Assembly (NCBI GenBank): GCA_017609985.1
Contig: JAFCCW010000004.1
Span: 1 to 64,000, forward strand
Length of the DNA stretch: 64,000 nt
Reading direction: 5' to 3'
Origin: Candidatus Iainarchaeum sp.
Lineage (GTDB): Archaea; Iainarchaeota; Iainarchaeia; Iainarchaeales; JAFCCW01
Numbering within the stretch: the stretch's first letter is position 1; each line of letters begins with the position of its first letter. A model generated the notes under the pieces. It was not told the origin of the DNA. It did no database searches and saw only the letters and a list, made by a program, of their open reading frames with translations. This document shows, one piece after another, positions 27,108 to 36,267 of this stretch. Position numbers and translations under genes: made by a program.

Positions 27108-27566
27108 CTAAATCATTTTCTTTATCAGCAGGTTTATGTCTGAAGCCCTGTATCCAAGTGCTCCTCCAACTGTATAACTTTTCTTTATTCCTGCTCTTTC
27201 ATAACCTTTTTTTGGAGGCCTTAATCTGAACACAGGTTTTATTCCAAGTTCCTTAAGCTTTTTTCCAGCAATTACTGTTTCAGCTAATTCTTTGAAATCT
27301 TTAATCTTGCTTTCTTTGAAGAATTCTTCTCCAATTTTTTTGTTTCCCGCTAGTCTTCCTCTTTTTTCAAGAACTGCTGCAAGAGTTTCTGCAGTAATTT
27401 CACCAAAAGTAACATAGTTTTCTGTTTTTCTCAGCATGCTTCTGTTTTGTTTGTTTTCTTCAGAAACAACAAGATGATTTACTCTTGTTAAACGGAGCAA
27501 TTCCATTGTCTTTTTTATGTCAGGTTTTATGTTAACATTTCCTCTGACTCTAACAACTGCGTACAT
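27108..27566 (-). CDS. rpl30: ribosomal protein L30 (archaeal uL30)
   Basis: AVVRVRG, PVFRLRPPKKG, GGALGYR. Confidence 0.96.
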   Translation of the reverse strand: MYAVVRVRGNVNIKPDIKKTMELLRLTRVNHLVVSEENKQNRSMLRKTENYVTFGEITAETLAAVLEKRGRLAGNKKIGEEFFKESKIKDFKELAETVIAGKKLKELGIKPVFRLRPPKKGYERAGIKKSYTVGGALGYRASDINLLIKKMI

Positions 27567-27572
27567 CTTTTA

Positions 27573-28289
27573 TCACTCTTTCCTTCCTGTTGAAAACTTT
27601 TTTGAAATATCTTCTGAAATTCTCATTTTTGCTGTTTTTGAAAGTGCATCAATTGCAGCTATTGCAAAATTAATTGTTGTTTTTGTTGCGCCAGAAGTAT
27701 TGCTCCAAACATCTTGGATTCCTGCAAACTCTAAAACCTTTTTTATATTGTCTCCTGCGACAAGTCCAATTCCTTTTGGCGCAGGGATAAGTGTTACGCG
27801 AACTGAAGCGCATTTTCCCTCTACTTTGAAAGGAACTGAATGCTGATCATTGCATGGGCACTCCCAGCTTCCACAGCCTCTTTTTATTCTAACCAAATTT
27901 AATCTTGCTTTTCTTTTAGCTTTGTCTATTGCAGGCCATTTGTCTGTATCCTTTGCAGTTCCAAGCCCCACAAGACCGTTTTTGTTTCCAATAAGCACTG
28001 ATGTTCTGAAAGCAAATTTTCTTCCAGCTCTCACAACTCGAGAAGTTTTCTTAATATCAATTATTTCTTCTTGCATTTCCACTAGATAATCAACTATTTC
28101 TGGTTCAAGAATTGAAATATTCTTTTCAAATATTTCATCAATGGAAGTAATTTCTCCATTTTTAACTTTTTTTCCCAAGCTTGTTTTTGGAACCCAGTTG
28201 GTGAGCATAGCTTCCTTGTTCTTTTCATCTTGCTCTCTTCTGCTTTCTTTTCTTCTCGCTTCTCTTTTTGTTTTGTCATTCTCAGTCAA
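27573..28289 (-). CDS. rps5: ribosomal protein S5
   Basis: WVPKTSLG, RGCGSWEC, HSVPFKVEGK, PAPKGIGL. TTG start chosen from the SD; alternative ATG at 28301. Confidence 0.96.
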   Translation of the reverse strand: MTENDKTKREARRKESRREQDEKNKEAMLTNWVPKTSLGKKVKNGEITSIDEIFEKNISILEPEIVDYLVEMQEEIIDIKKTSRVVRAGRKFAFRTSVLIGNKNGLVGLGTAKDTDKWPAIDKAKRKARLNLVRIKRGCGSWECPCNDQHSVPFKVEGKCASVRVTLIPAPKGIGLVAGDNIKKVLEFAGIQDVWSNTSGATKTTINFAIAAIDALSKTAKMRISEDISKKFSTGRKE

Positions 28290-28294
28290 CTGAA

Positions 28295-28873
28295 TCACCA
28301 TTTTTTATTTGAAATCTTTTCCTTTACTTCTTCAAATTTTTTTGAGATATTCTTCACGTCAAAACCTTCTTTTACATAGCGTGAAAATCTTTTATTAAAC
28401 TCTTCTTCCCCAAGCTTTTCCACATATTCTTCAATATGCTTGCCTGAAACCCTGTTTGGATCAGCCAATGCTTTTTCGTCGTGCGGAATATTCATTCCAG
28501 CGTCAATTGCTCCCTTTAATGCTGCAAAAGGGATACTTCCGTGAACCGGTGCTCGAAAGCCAAGGTCAAATACTGCTTCTTTTGCATTATTCTTGATTGC
28601 AATAAATCCGCAAGCAAAACCTGTCAGATAAGCACTTGGAATATTTCTTGAACCAACCCATCCGAATTCATCAAGCTTTTTTGAATTAAATTCTGCAACA
28701 ATCTTATCCCCGTGTTTTTGCATTTCAATAGCCTGAACCTTTACTCCAGTATTTGAGTCTCTGACAACAAGTCTTATTTTTCCAGACTTCACAAGAGCTA
28801 GTCTCTTCTTATAATTTGTTTTTCCCTCTCTTCTTCTTCTGAATTTTACACTAAACGTTGCCTTGTTTGCCAT
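28295..28873 (-). CDS. rpl18: ribosomal protein L18 (uL18)
   Basis: RRRREGKTNY, RLVVR, NIPSAYLTG, GAIDAG. Confidence 0.96.
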   Translation of the reverse strand: MANKATFSVKFRRRREGKTNYKKRLALVKSGKIRLVVRDSNTGVKVQAIEMQKHGDKIVAEFNSKKLDEFGWVGSRNIPSAYLTGFACGFIAIKNNAKEAVFDLGFRAPVHGSIPFAALKGAIDAGMNIPHDEKALADPNRVSGKHIEEYVEKLGEEEFNKRFSRYVKEGFDVKNISKKFEEVKEKISNKKW

Positions 28874-28881
28874 AAAAACAC

Positions 28882-29325
28882 CTACTTATTTCCTTTCACA
28901 TAAGATTCAACATATTTTTTTCCTCTGAAGAACCCGCCTTTAATTTTTCTGTACACATTTGAATAACCTGCTTTTTCAACATCTTCAGGACTTTCTGCTC
29001 TTAATTCTCTTAATTTTCTTCTCTGAGCTCTTACATTTTTTATCCAAGTCTTCTTTTTGTTAGTTCTTGCTTTTTTTGTTCCCTTTCTTTTTCCAGGGCC
29101 TTTCTTTCTTCCTGCTGCTTTTTTGACCTGAAGTTTTCTTGCTCTTGACCTGCTTTGCCCGTTAACTTCCTTTTTCTTTATTGCTCCTTCTTTAATCAGT
29201 TCTCGAATGTCATCTTTTGTAATGACTTCGCTGATTTTTTCTCCCTGTACTGGGTCAAGCCATATTCTGTTTCTTCCTGTCTTCAGCACTCGGGCTGCAA
29301 TGCTTTTAACTTTGTCCAGATCCAT
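28882..29325 (-). CDS. rpl19e: ribosomal protein L19e
   Basis: RIWLDP, GPGKRKG, WIKNVRAQR, YRKIKGGFF. Confidence 0.96.
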   Translation of the reverse strand: MDLDKVKSIAARVLKTGRNRIWLDPVQGEKISEVITKDDIRELIKEGAIKKKEVNGQSRSRARKLQVKKAAGRKKGPGKRKGTKKARTNKKKTWIKNVRAQRRKLRELRAESPEDVEKAGYSNVYRKIKGGFFRGKKYVESYVKGNK

Positions 29326-29329
29326 AAAC

Positions 29330-29878
29330 TCACCTATTTAGTACAACAATTCCTTTTTTTCCAGCTTCTTTTACGATTCCAATTCTTTTCTTTTTTCCAA
29401 CAGTTCCGCTAATTCTTGCAGCTTCTCCTTCCTTCAAAGCAACAAGTTCTTTTGGGTTGTTAACTAATACTTCCCTGTAACCAGACGGGTGCAAGCCTCT
29501 AACTTCTTTTGCAGTTCTATAACCTGTTTTTGGCATTGCTCCATCCTCTTTTCTGTTAAGCACGTCAATTCCTCTTGGCTTTCTCCACTTCTGCCACTTC
29601 TTATTGCTCTTTCTTCTAAACTGTTTTTTTCCAAATCTTCCTCTAAAAATTGGAAGTTTTTTCTTTTTCTTAATCTTTGTTTGAAGTTTTTTAACTGATT
29701 CTGGTTTTTTAATCTTTTTTGATTTTGGCTTTTCTAAAGTTTTCTCAGTTTTCATAGGTGCTTGTTTTTCAGTTTTTGGACTAGCCACTGTCTTTGAAAC
29801 AGGCTCTTTTTCCATTTTGGAAATTGTTTTCTTGGTTACTGCTATTTTATTATCTTTTGATGGCTTGTCTTTACTCAT
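29330..29878 (-). CDS. rpl32e: ribosomal protein L32e with ~65-aa N-terminal extension
   Basis: WRKPRGID, GYRT, RGLHPSGY, VGKKKR. Confidence 0.95.
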   Translation of the reverse strand: MSKDKPSKDNKIAVTKKTISKMEKEPVSKTVASPKTEKQAPMKTEKTLEKPKSKKIKKPESVKKLQTKIKKKKKLPIFRGRFGKKQFRRKSNKKWQKWRKPRGIDVLNRKEDGAMPKTGYRTAKEVRGLHPSGYREVLVNNPKELVALKEGEAARISGTVGKKKRIGIVKEAGKKGIVVLNR

Positions 29879-30443
29879 TGTCTTCACCCTTTGTTTCTTC
29901 TTCGTTCTTCAAAAATCCTTTTTCAACAAGATATATACCGTCCTGAAAAATTCTAGTATCCCTATTTTTTATCCTTGTAGCCTGTTCAAGATTTGCTGAA
30001 GTCTGGCTTACACGTTCCTTATTGATTCCTGAAACAGTGATGTCCTTCCCCTTAATTTCAACCTTGACTCCTGGCCTGATTTTTGCAATTCTTGGCTTTT
30101 TTTCTCCTGCAAAATTGTTTATTTCAACATTTTCTCCCTGCACTACAATGTTCATTGGAAAGTGAGAAAAAACAACTGAAAGCTTGTATTGAAATCCTTT
30201 CTCAAGACCGTCAATAAGATTGGTAACATGCGTTTTGAAAGTTTTTACAAGAGCTCTTACTCCCCTGGTATCCGGTTTTCCTCTGATTGCGATTGAGTTC
30301 TTTTCAGGAACAAGCATAACATTTGCTGATTCAAACACATAGCAGTTTTCTTCTCCGCCTTTCTTCAGGCAGAGCTTTTTGCCATGTATTTCAAATTCTA
30401 TTCCTTCAGGAATCTCAATTTTTTCTTCGTAAATCTCAATCAT
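29871..30443 (-). CDS. rpl6: ribosomal protein L6
   Basis: SHFPM, NFAGEK, QTSANLEQ, RDTRIFQDGIY. Confidence 0.96.
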   Translation of the reverse strand: MIEIYEEKIEIPEGIEFEIHGKKLCLKKGGEENCYVFESANVMLVPEKNSIAIRGKPDTRGVRALVKTFKTHVTNLIDGLEKGFQYKLSVVFSHFPMNIVVQGENVEINNFAGEKKPRIAKIRPGVKVEIKGKDITVSGINKERVSQTSANLEQATRIKNRDTRIFQDGIYLVEKGFLKNEEETKGEDNE

Positions 30444-30452
30444 TTTATTCAC

Positions 30453-30845
30453 CTAGTAAACAAACGCAAGAAGTCTTCCTCCAACGCCGTTTTCTTTTGC
30501 CTGCTTGTGAGTAAAAACTCCTTTAGGAGTTGTTACTATGATGATTCCAACATCCTTTGAAGGAAGATATCTTTTTTCATATTTTTCAAATTCGTCTTTC
30601 TTAACAGCATATCTTGGCTTGATTGCCTTGCATGCATTAATTGTTCCGTTAAGTTCAACCGTGAAAAAACCTTCTCTTCCGTCTTCCACAAACTTGAAAT
30701 CTCCCACATATTTTTCTTCTTTCATGACATTAAGGATTTCTCCAAAGAGCTTGGACGCAGGCCTACAAATACATTCTTTTTTTGAAGCAAGGTCACTGTT
30801 CTTAATGTTCACAAGTGCATCTGATATTGGATCAACTAAAGTCAT
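30453..30845 (-). CDS. rps8: ribosomal protein S8
   Basis: DPISDAL, AIKPRY, EKRYLP, TTPKG, GGRLLAFVY. Confidence 0.97.
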   Translation of the reverse strand: MTLVDPISDALVNIKNSDLASKKECICRPASKLFGEILNVMKEEKYVGDFKFVEDGREGFFTVELNGTINACKAIKPRYAVKKDEFEKYEKRYLPSKDVGIIIVTTPKGVFTHKQAKENGVGGRLLAFVY

Positions 30846-30854
30846 TCTGTCACC

Positions 30855-31004
30855 TCACCCAAACTTCCTGAAGCCAAGATCTATTGCTATTTCTTTAAAA
30901 CATCTTCTGCAGATTTTCAGACCATATTTGCTGATGACTCCTCTTTTAGTCTTGCAAATTCTGCACTCTGATGGCTTCTTTTTCCCAGTCTCTTTTTCAG
31001 TCAT
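30855..31004 (-). CDS. rps14: ribosomal protein S14 (zinc-binding type; not in ORF track)
   Basis: Manual translation MTEKETGKKKPSECRICKTKRGVISKYGLKICRRCFKEIAIDLGFRKFG; between L5 and S8. Confidence 0.95.
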   Translation of the reverse strand: MTEKETGKKKPSECRICKTKRGVISKYGLKICRRCFKEIAIDLGFRKFG

Positions 31005-31498
31005 GCAATTTCAACTCCAAACTTTTCTGTAATAAACTCAATTGCTTCTTCTCGTGAAACACAATGCTTTCTTCCAACTTTTTTCTTTCCTATTTTTCTT
31101 TTCTTAATTCTGTATCCTGCTCTCTCAAGAGAAACAAGAACATCAAATCCCTTTATCCCAAGCTCTGGTTCATACTTAATGTTTGGAAGATCAATATACT
31201 CTTTGATTCCAAATCCGAAATTTCCATTTCTGTCAAAATTTTTTCCCGCAAGCATGTTTTCTTTTGCAAGAAAAGCTTGTTTCAAAAATTCAACAGCATC
31301 AGTTCCTCTGAGAGTAACCTTTGCTCCAATCGGAAGACCAGGCCTGATATTTAAAGTTGGAGCCTTTACTTTGCAGAGAGTCTGAATAGGCTTTTTTCCA
31401 GTGATTTTTTTCAAAATCTTGATTGCTTTTTTCAGCTCTTCACCGCTTTCGCCAACACCCATGTTGACTGTGATTTTTCCAACTTTAATGTCTTTCAC
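31001..31498 (-). CDS. rpl5: ribosomal protein L5
   Basis: KITVNMGVGESG, PIGAKVTLRG, FDRNGNFGFGI. Confidence 0.97.
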   Translation of the reverse strand: MKDIKVGKITVNMGVGESGEELKKAIKILKKITGKKPIQTLCKVKAPTLNIRPGLPIGAKVTLRGTDAVEFLKQAFLAKENMLAGKNFDRNGNFGFGIKEYIDLPNIKYEPELGIKGFDVLVSLERAGYRIKKRKIGKKKVGRKHCVSREEAIEFITEKFGVEIA

Positions 31499-31500
31499 TT

Positions 31501-32238
31501 TTACTCACCTTTTGTCTCCAGTCCCTTTAATTCAACACTTTTTTCTCCAACAATAAAAATTTTATCCTTTACTGTCAAAAACTCGTCTCCATCCTTTGGT
31601 TTCAAGGAAATAAGTGGAGGTCGCTTCATTGTTCCAGTCTGCACCCGCAAAACAGTTCCTATTGTTGAAACACGTCTTCCCCCTGTTACAATAGCTGTGT
31701 TTCCCTCAACAAGCTTGAAAATTTTTACAATTTTTTGGTTTGGAAGCTCTATCTTTAGCACGTCTCCTGTTGAAATTTCATTCTTGTCATCTGAAAATAT
31801 TCTTCCATCCTGGCTCTCAACAACAATCTTGTTTTTTGCGACTGTTTTTTTGCCAGTTATCTTGCATAGTTTGGATGACTTTTCTTTGAAATCCAATTCT
31901 CTTACTTCAAATCGTCCGAGTTTGTCAAGTGCAAGTAGATATTTTTTCTTTATTTTTTCAATTGTAATTATGTCAAAAAGACCAACCGGAAACCTGTAAT
32001 CTTTTCTTACAACTTCATCAACTTTGACTTCCTGATTTTTAAGCACAATTCTTGTTTCTCTTAGATTATCTGTCAACCCAAGCAAGTTTCTGACAACAAA
32101 TCCTAATGGCACGCTTTCTTCTCTAGAGTGCGGTCCTGGATTTGAACGAATTGTCCAAGTACTTTGTTTTCTTTCAATCTTTCTGGACTTACTTGTACTA
32201 AGAGTTTTTTCCGCTGTTTTTCCGCCTTTTTTACCCAT
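31501..32238 (-). CDS. rps4e: ribosomal protein S4e
   Basis: PGPH, PVGLFD, DGR, VTGG. Confidence 0.95.
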   Translation of the reverse strand: MGKKGGKTAEKTLSTSKSRKIERKQSTWTIRSNPGPHSREESVPLGFVVRNLLGLTDNLRETRIVLKNQEVKVDEVVRKDYRFPVGLFDIITIEKIKKKYLLALDKLGRFEVRELDFKEKSSKLCKITGKKTVAKNKIVVESQDGRIFSDDKNEISTGDVLKIELPNQKIVKIFKLVEGNTAIVTGGRRVSTIGTVLRVQTGTMKRPPLISLKPKDGDEFLTVKDKIFIVGEKSVELKGLETKGE

Positions 32239-32243
32239 AAATA

Positions 32244-32732
32244 TCACGCCTTCTTCTTTTTGCCTGAGTTTTCCTTTTTTGTTTCAGTTTTCTTTTCAGT
32301 CTTTGCTTCAGGTTTTTTTGCTTTCTTTTCAGTATTTTTCTCTACTTTTTCAGATTTTTTTTCAATACTCTTTTTTGAAATCTTCTTTCCTCTCTTAAAT
32401 CTTTTATCATCATCTCTTTCAATTTCCAAAACAACAATATTTGAAGGATTTATTGGAACAAGAATTTCTGTTCCGTCTGATTTCTTTCTGATAATTTTTT
32501 CAATATAAATTCTTGCTCTTTCCCTGTTAATTCTTGAAATTTTTCCCTCTTTACCTTTTTTGCTTCCCCGCACAATCTTTACTTTATCTCCTTTTCTAAG
32601 CGCTATGCTTCTTTTTTCAAGTTCTTTTCTCAATTCTTTTGACAAATGGCCTGAAACTCTGCTGGTTTGATGGTGCAGAGGCATGTTGTAAAATACTTTT
32701 CTCTGTTTTGAAGGTTTGCTACTTTTCATCAT
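32244..32732 (-). CDS. rpl24: ribosomal protein L24 (uL24) with K/E tail
   Basis: SSKPSKQRK, LSKELR, RKGDKVKIVRG, INPSN. Confidence 0.96.
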   Translation of the reverse strand: MMKSSKPSKQRKVFYNMPLHHQTSRVSGHLSKELRKELEKRSIALRKGDKVKIVRGSKKGKEGKISRINRERARIYIEKIIRKKSDGTEILVPINPSNIVVLEIERDDDKRFKRGKKISKKSIEKKSEKVEKNTEKKAKKPEAKTEKKTETKKENSGKKKKA

Positions 32733-32738
32733 AAACAC

Positions 32739-33137
32739 CTAAACTATTGACGAGGCAAGACCTGCTATTTTTGGCCATCTTTCTCCAACCTCTTTTGCTA
32801 CAGCTCCTTTTATTTCAGATGCTTTTGGAAGACCTTTTTCATCCACTAGCACAACTGCATTGTCTGAAAATTTTATTCTGGTTCCATTAGCTCTCTTAAA
32901 TTCTTTTTTTGCTCGAATAATAATTGCTCTTTCAACTTTTTTTCTCATTTCAGGTTTTCCCTTTTTTACAACAACATTAACTACATCGCCGATTCCTGCT
33001 TTTGGATTCATTCTTCTCTTTCCCCTAAATCCGAAAACTGAAATAATCTCAACTTCCTTGGCTCCGGAATTATCTGAACAGACACATCTGCTTTTTTGAG
33101 TCAAGCTTTTTGCTACTGACGCGCTTATTGCTTTCAT
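32739..33137 (-). CDS. rpl14: ribosomal protein L14
   Basis: DNSGAK, KKGKPEMRK, FSDNAVV, GAVAKE. Confidence 0.97.
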   Translation of the reverse strand: MKAISASVAKSLTQKSRCVCSDNSGAKEVEIISVFGFRGKRRMNPKAGIGDVVNVVVKKGKPEMRKKVERAIIIRAKKEFKRANGTRIKFSDNAVVLVDEKGLPKASEIKGAVAKEVGERWPKIAGLASSIV

Positions 33138-33186
33138 TTTTTATCGCCCTTTTTTTCTTCGATTTTTTCTTTTTTTACTTCTTCTT

Positions 33187-33552
33187 TTATTGAGTCTTTA
33201 TTTCAGGCACTGACTCGGATTTTTTTTCCTTCATTTTTTCTTCCTTTACTTTATCTACTTTTTCTGCTTTTTTCTCAATTGACATAACAACAAAGCTTTT
33301 TGTCTTGCTAAGCCTTCTTGTTTCACCAACAGTTACAATGTCACCCTCGCCTGCAGCAATGCATTCAGGGTTATGAGCATAAATTTTTGAAGTGAATTTT
33401 TTGTATCTTTCATACTTTGGAATCTGTCTTATAAGTGTTCTTGTAATCACTACAGTGCGATGTGGCTTTGCGCTGACAACTGTTCCAGTAAACATATTGC
33501 CTCTTATTTTTAGTCCGCCATGCACGGGACATTTTTTGTCATTGCATTCCAT
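33187..33552 (-). CDS. rps17: ribosomal protein S17
   Basis: CNDKKCPVHG, IPKYERY, AHNPEC, ETRRLSKTKSF. Confidence 0.96.
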   Translation of the reverse strand: MECNDKKCPVHGGLKIRGNMFTGTVVSAKPHRTVVITRTLIRQIPKYERYKKFTSKIYAHNPECIAAGEGDIVTVGETRRLSKTKSFVVMSIEKKAEKVDKVKEEKMKEKKSESVPEIKTQ

Positions 33553-33847
33553 TTTTTTTCCTCCAAAATTCCTTAATCCTGTTTTCTGGTTTTTCTTCAA
33601 TAAACTTTCCATCAATCCTAACTCTTTCTTTTCCCAATAAAAACTCTATTACAACTTCCCTTTTTGGAATAATTTTTTCGCCTGAACCTGTTTCAACAAC
33701 AAGAGTGTTTTTTGTTTCATCAACAACTCTTCCGCACAACCCTTTTCTTGAGCTTTCCTTGCTTTCCAAGACCTTTACTTCAAGTCCGATAAGCTCGTGT
33801 GCTCCAAGGTTTTCTTTTGTTATGCGATATTGCTGTGATTCAAGCAT
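33539..33847 (-). CDS. rnp1: ribonuclease P protein Rpp29/Pop4
   Basis: HELIGLEVKV, GRVVDETKNTL, IPK, PENR. Confidence 0.93.
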   Translation of the reverse strand: MLESQQYRITKENLGAHELIGLEVKVLESKESSRKGLCGRVVDETKNTLVVETGSGEKIIPKREVVIEFLLGKERVRIDGKFIEEKPENRIKEFWRKKNGMQ

Positions 33848-34142
33848 CAATCAATTCCTCCTTAAATCCTTTTTTTATCAGGAAATCTTTAACTTTTTTC
33901 AGATGGTTTCCCTGCAGTTCAATTTCATCATCTTTTATTGTTCCTCCACAAGCAAACTGCCTTTTCATTTCCTTTCCAAGCTCCTGAATGTTTGCATCTT
34001 TTTCTATTCCATTTACCGTAGTGACAATTTTTCCAAATCGTCTTCTTACTGTTCTAACTTTTATTTTTGTCGATTCTTTTGCGATTTCACTGCAGACACA
34101 AAGCGACTGCGGCATTCCACATTTTTGGCAAACTCCACTCAT
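33840..34142 (-). CDS. sui1: translation initiation factor aIF1 (SUI1)
   Basis: CQKCGMPQSLCVC, RRFGK, FACGGT, IELQGNH. Confidence 0.95.
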   Translation of the reverse strand: MSGVCQKCGMPQSLCVCSEIAKESTKIKVRTVRRRFGKIVTTVNGIEKDANIQELGKEMKRQFACGGTIKDDEIELQGNHLKKVKDFLIKKGFKEELIDA

Positions 34143-34372
34143 TCGCTTTTACTCACCTCTGGTTTTTTCTTTATTTCAATTTCATTAAGAATTGTAAGCG
34201 TTCTGGCAATTTCTCTCCTATTTTTTCTGATAATTCCCGGATTCTCCGGCCTGGTTCCTGAAGAAATCAGAGCACGTTCCTTTGAGAGTTCTTGCTTAAT
34301 TGTCACTATTCTCTCCTTAAGCTCTTCTTCGCTCATTGCTCTCAAATCTTTTGGTTTAATCTTTTTTGCCAT
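34139..34372 (-). CDS. rpl29: ribosomal protein L29
   Basis: DLRAMS, PENPG, RREIARTLT. Confidence 0.95.
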   Translation of the reverse strand: MAKKIKPKDLRAMSEEELKERIVTIKQELSKERALISSGTRPENPGIIRKNRREIARTLTILNEIEIKKKPEVSKSE

Positions 34373-34378
34373 TCAAAA

Positions 34379-35359
34379 TCACTCTTTTTTATCTTCTTTC
34401 TTGTCTGTTTTCTTTTCTTCTTTTGCTTTTTCTTCGTTCACTATTTTATTTTCTTTCTTTGTTTCTTCTTTTTTCTCGTTCTTTTTTTCCTTTGCAGGCT
34501 CAGACTTCTCTTTTTTTACTTCTTCTTTTTTTGGCTCTTCTTCTTTCTCATTTTCCTTTTTCTTCTCTTTCTTTTCTTTGTTTTTATTGTCTTCTTTTCC
34601 TGCTTTTTTTTCCTTGTCTGTTTCTGGTTTCTCTTTTTCTTCTTTCTTTTCAGAACCAGTTTTTTCCTGCTTGACTTCCTTTTCCTTTTTTTCAACTTCT
34701 TTCCCGCTTGTTTCTTTTTCAACAGTCTTTGCTACTGTTTCTTCTTTTGGTTCCTCTTTAGACATTACATCTGCAATATTAACCTTGTCAGGAAACACTA
34801 CTTCTGGTCTGATAATCCTAAGTTTTATTCCAATAGCGCCTGCTTTTGGATAAGCTGATGCTTTTGCATAATCAACTAATTCAGTTTGAGCTCCAACTTT
34901 TTTCATATAACCGCTTGCGATTCTGTGTTTTCTTTTTCTTCCGCCTTTTCCAGCAAGCTTTCCTGAAAATACTAATTCTATTCCCTGTGCCCCTGCACTC
35001 TGAATATCTCTGACTGATCTGAAAGCAACACTTCTCCAAGAGAAACCTCTCTCAATCAGGGAAGTCATTTTGTCAACCATTGCTTTTGCATTAAGCTCTG
35101 GATTCTCGATTTCTTTTATTTCCAACTGTGGGTTTTCAAATCCAAATTGTTCTCCTATTTCTTCAGTCAAGCGTCTGATATTCTTTCCGCCTTTTCCAAT
35201 TGCAAGGCCAGGGTGAGTAACATTAAGCACAATTCTTGTAACAAGCGGAGTTTTCACTATGTCAAGGTGAGTGAAGCCCGCTCCATCAAGCTCTTTCTTA
35301 AGGTATCTTTCAAGTTCAACCTTTTTGATTCCTTGTTTTATAAAAACTCTTTCAATCAC
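34379..35359 (-). CDS. rps3: ribosomal protein S3 with ~130-aa K/E tail
   Basis: KH domain PGLAIGKGGKNI, PELNA, GIELVFSGKL, GAIGIKLRI. Confidence 0.97.
   Translation of the reverse strand: MIERVFIKQGIKKVELERYLKKELDGAGFTHLDIVKTPLVTRIVLNVTHPGLAIGKGGKNIRRLTEEIGEQFGFENPQLEIKEIENPELNAKAMVDKMTSLIERGFSWRSVAFRSVRDIQSAGAQGIELVFSGKLAGKGGRKRKHRIASGYMKKVGAQTELVDYAKASAYPKAGAIGIKLRIIRPEVVFPDKVNIADVMSKEEPKEETVAKTVEKETSGKEVEKKEKEVKQEKTGSEKKEEKEKPETDKEKKAGKEDNKNKEKKEKKKENEKEEEPKKEEVKKEKSEPAKEKKNEKKEETKKENKIVNEEKAKEEKKTDKKEDKKE
34592..34756. repeat. copy 2 of tail-module repeat (in rps3)
   Basis: Direct repeat of 22173-22337, offset 12419 bp. Confidence 0.92.
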
Positions 35360-35367
35360 TTTACCAC

Positions 35368-35838
35368 CTATGCTGCCTCCATAACGACGATTTCGATATG
35401 GGTACTTTTCTTTTTTCTTCTTTTTCCTGCGATTCTTCCTTTTGACTGATAAGAATTTCTTCTAAATCCCTCTGAAGCAAAAGCATGAATTATGAGAAGT
35501 TTTTCTGCATCAAGCCCCTTAAAGTCAGCATTTGCTTTTACACTTTCTAAAATGTCAAGAAAAGCCTTGCATGTGTTTTCAGGATATCTTCCTGACTTAA
35601 CTCCACTCTTGCTATCTCCTTTTCTGTGACCAACTTTCTTGTTGTATTTTTTCAAAGGAATAAAATCCTTGTGTTCAATTACTCTCTTCAAATAATCTTC
35701 AATTTTTGAAACTGGTTTTCCCTTTATTTCTCTGCAAATTTCAGTAGCGTACTTGGTTGAAACAGGCTTGTTCTTTCCGATCGCTCGAGCAGTCTTCTCA
35801 TGAGATTCCTGCATTGCCTGATAATTTTTCTTTACCAT
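35368..35838 (-). CDS. rpl22: ribosomal protein L22
   Basis: EICREIKG, VGHRKG, GRYP, NADFKGLD, THIEIV. Confidence 0.96.
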   Translation of the reverse strand: MVKKNYQAMQESHEKTARAIGKNKPVSTKYATEICREIKGKPVSKIEDYLKRVIEHKDFIPLKKYNKKVGHRKGDSKSGVKSGRYPENTCKAFLDILESVKANADFKGLDAEKLLIIHAFASEGFRRNSYQSKGRIAGKRRKKKSTHIEIVVMEAA

Positions 35839-35847
35839 AAAATCACG

Positions 35848-36255
35848 CTATCCTCTTGCTGTTGCAATTGCTGTTGAAGATCTTGTAGCTCCAATTCCTG
35901 CTTTTCCATGTGAAAGCTTTTTTCTTGTGAGTGCAAACTCTCCAAGATAGTGCCCGAGCATTTCCGGCATTACTTCAACATTAACAAACTCATTTCCTTT
36001 ATGAACTGCAAATTTTGCTCCAATCATTGCAGGAATCACAATAATATCTCTCCTGTGTGTTCTGATTACTTTTGGTTCAGTTTCCGGGCCAGATACTTTC
36101 TTTGCATTTTCAAGCTTTTGCATAATTTTCTTATTAACTCCTCGCTTAAGTGTTCTTCTTGCTCTTGAGTCAACAAGCTCTGCAAACTGTTCGATAGTCA
36201 TGCTCTGCAATTCTTCCAAAGTTTTTCCCTTGAATGTAAATATTTTCTTTGCCAT
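35848..36255 (-). CDS. rps19: ribosomal protein S19
   Basis: RARRTLKRG, IRTHRRD, PEMLGHYLGEFALTRK, GATRSS. Confidence 0.97.
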   Translation of the reverse strand: MAKKIFTFKGKTLEELQSMTIEQFAELVDSRARRTLKRGVNKKIMQKLENAKKVSGPETEPKVIRTHRRDIIVIPAMIGAKFAVHKGNEFVNVEVMPEMLGHYLGEFALTRKKLSHGKAGIGATRSSTAIATARG

Positions 36256-36267
36256 AGTCAATCACCG

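Noticed and set aside
33705-34858. Long plus-strand F/S/L-rich ORFs (also 22020-22607, 8056-8643, 26436-26981)
   Set aside because: Antisense shadows of AAA/GAA-rich tails, which lack stops on the opposite strand
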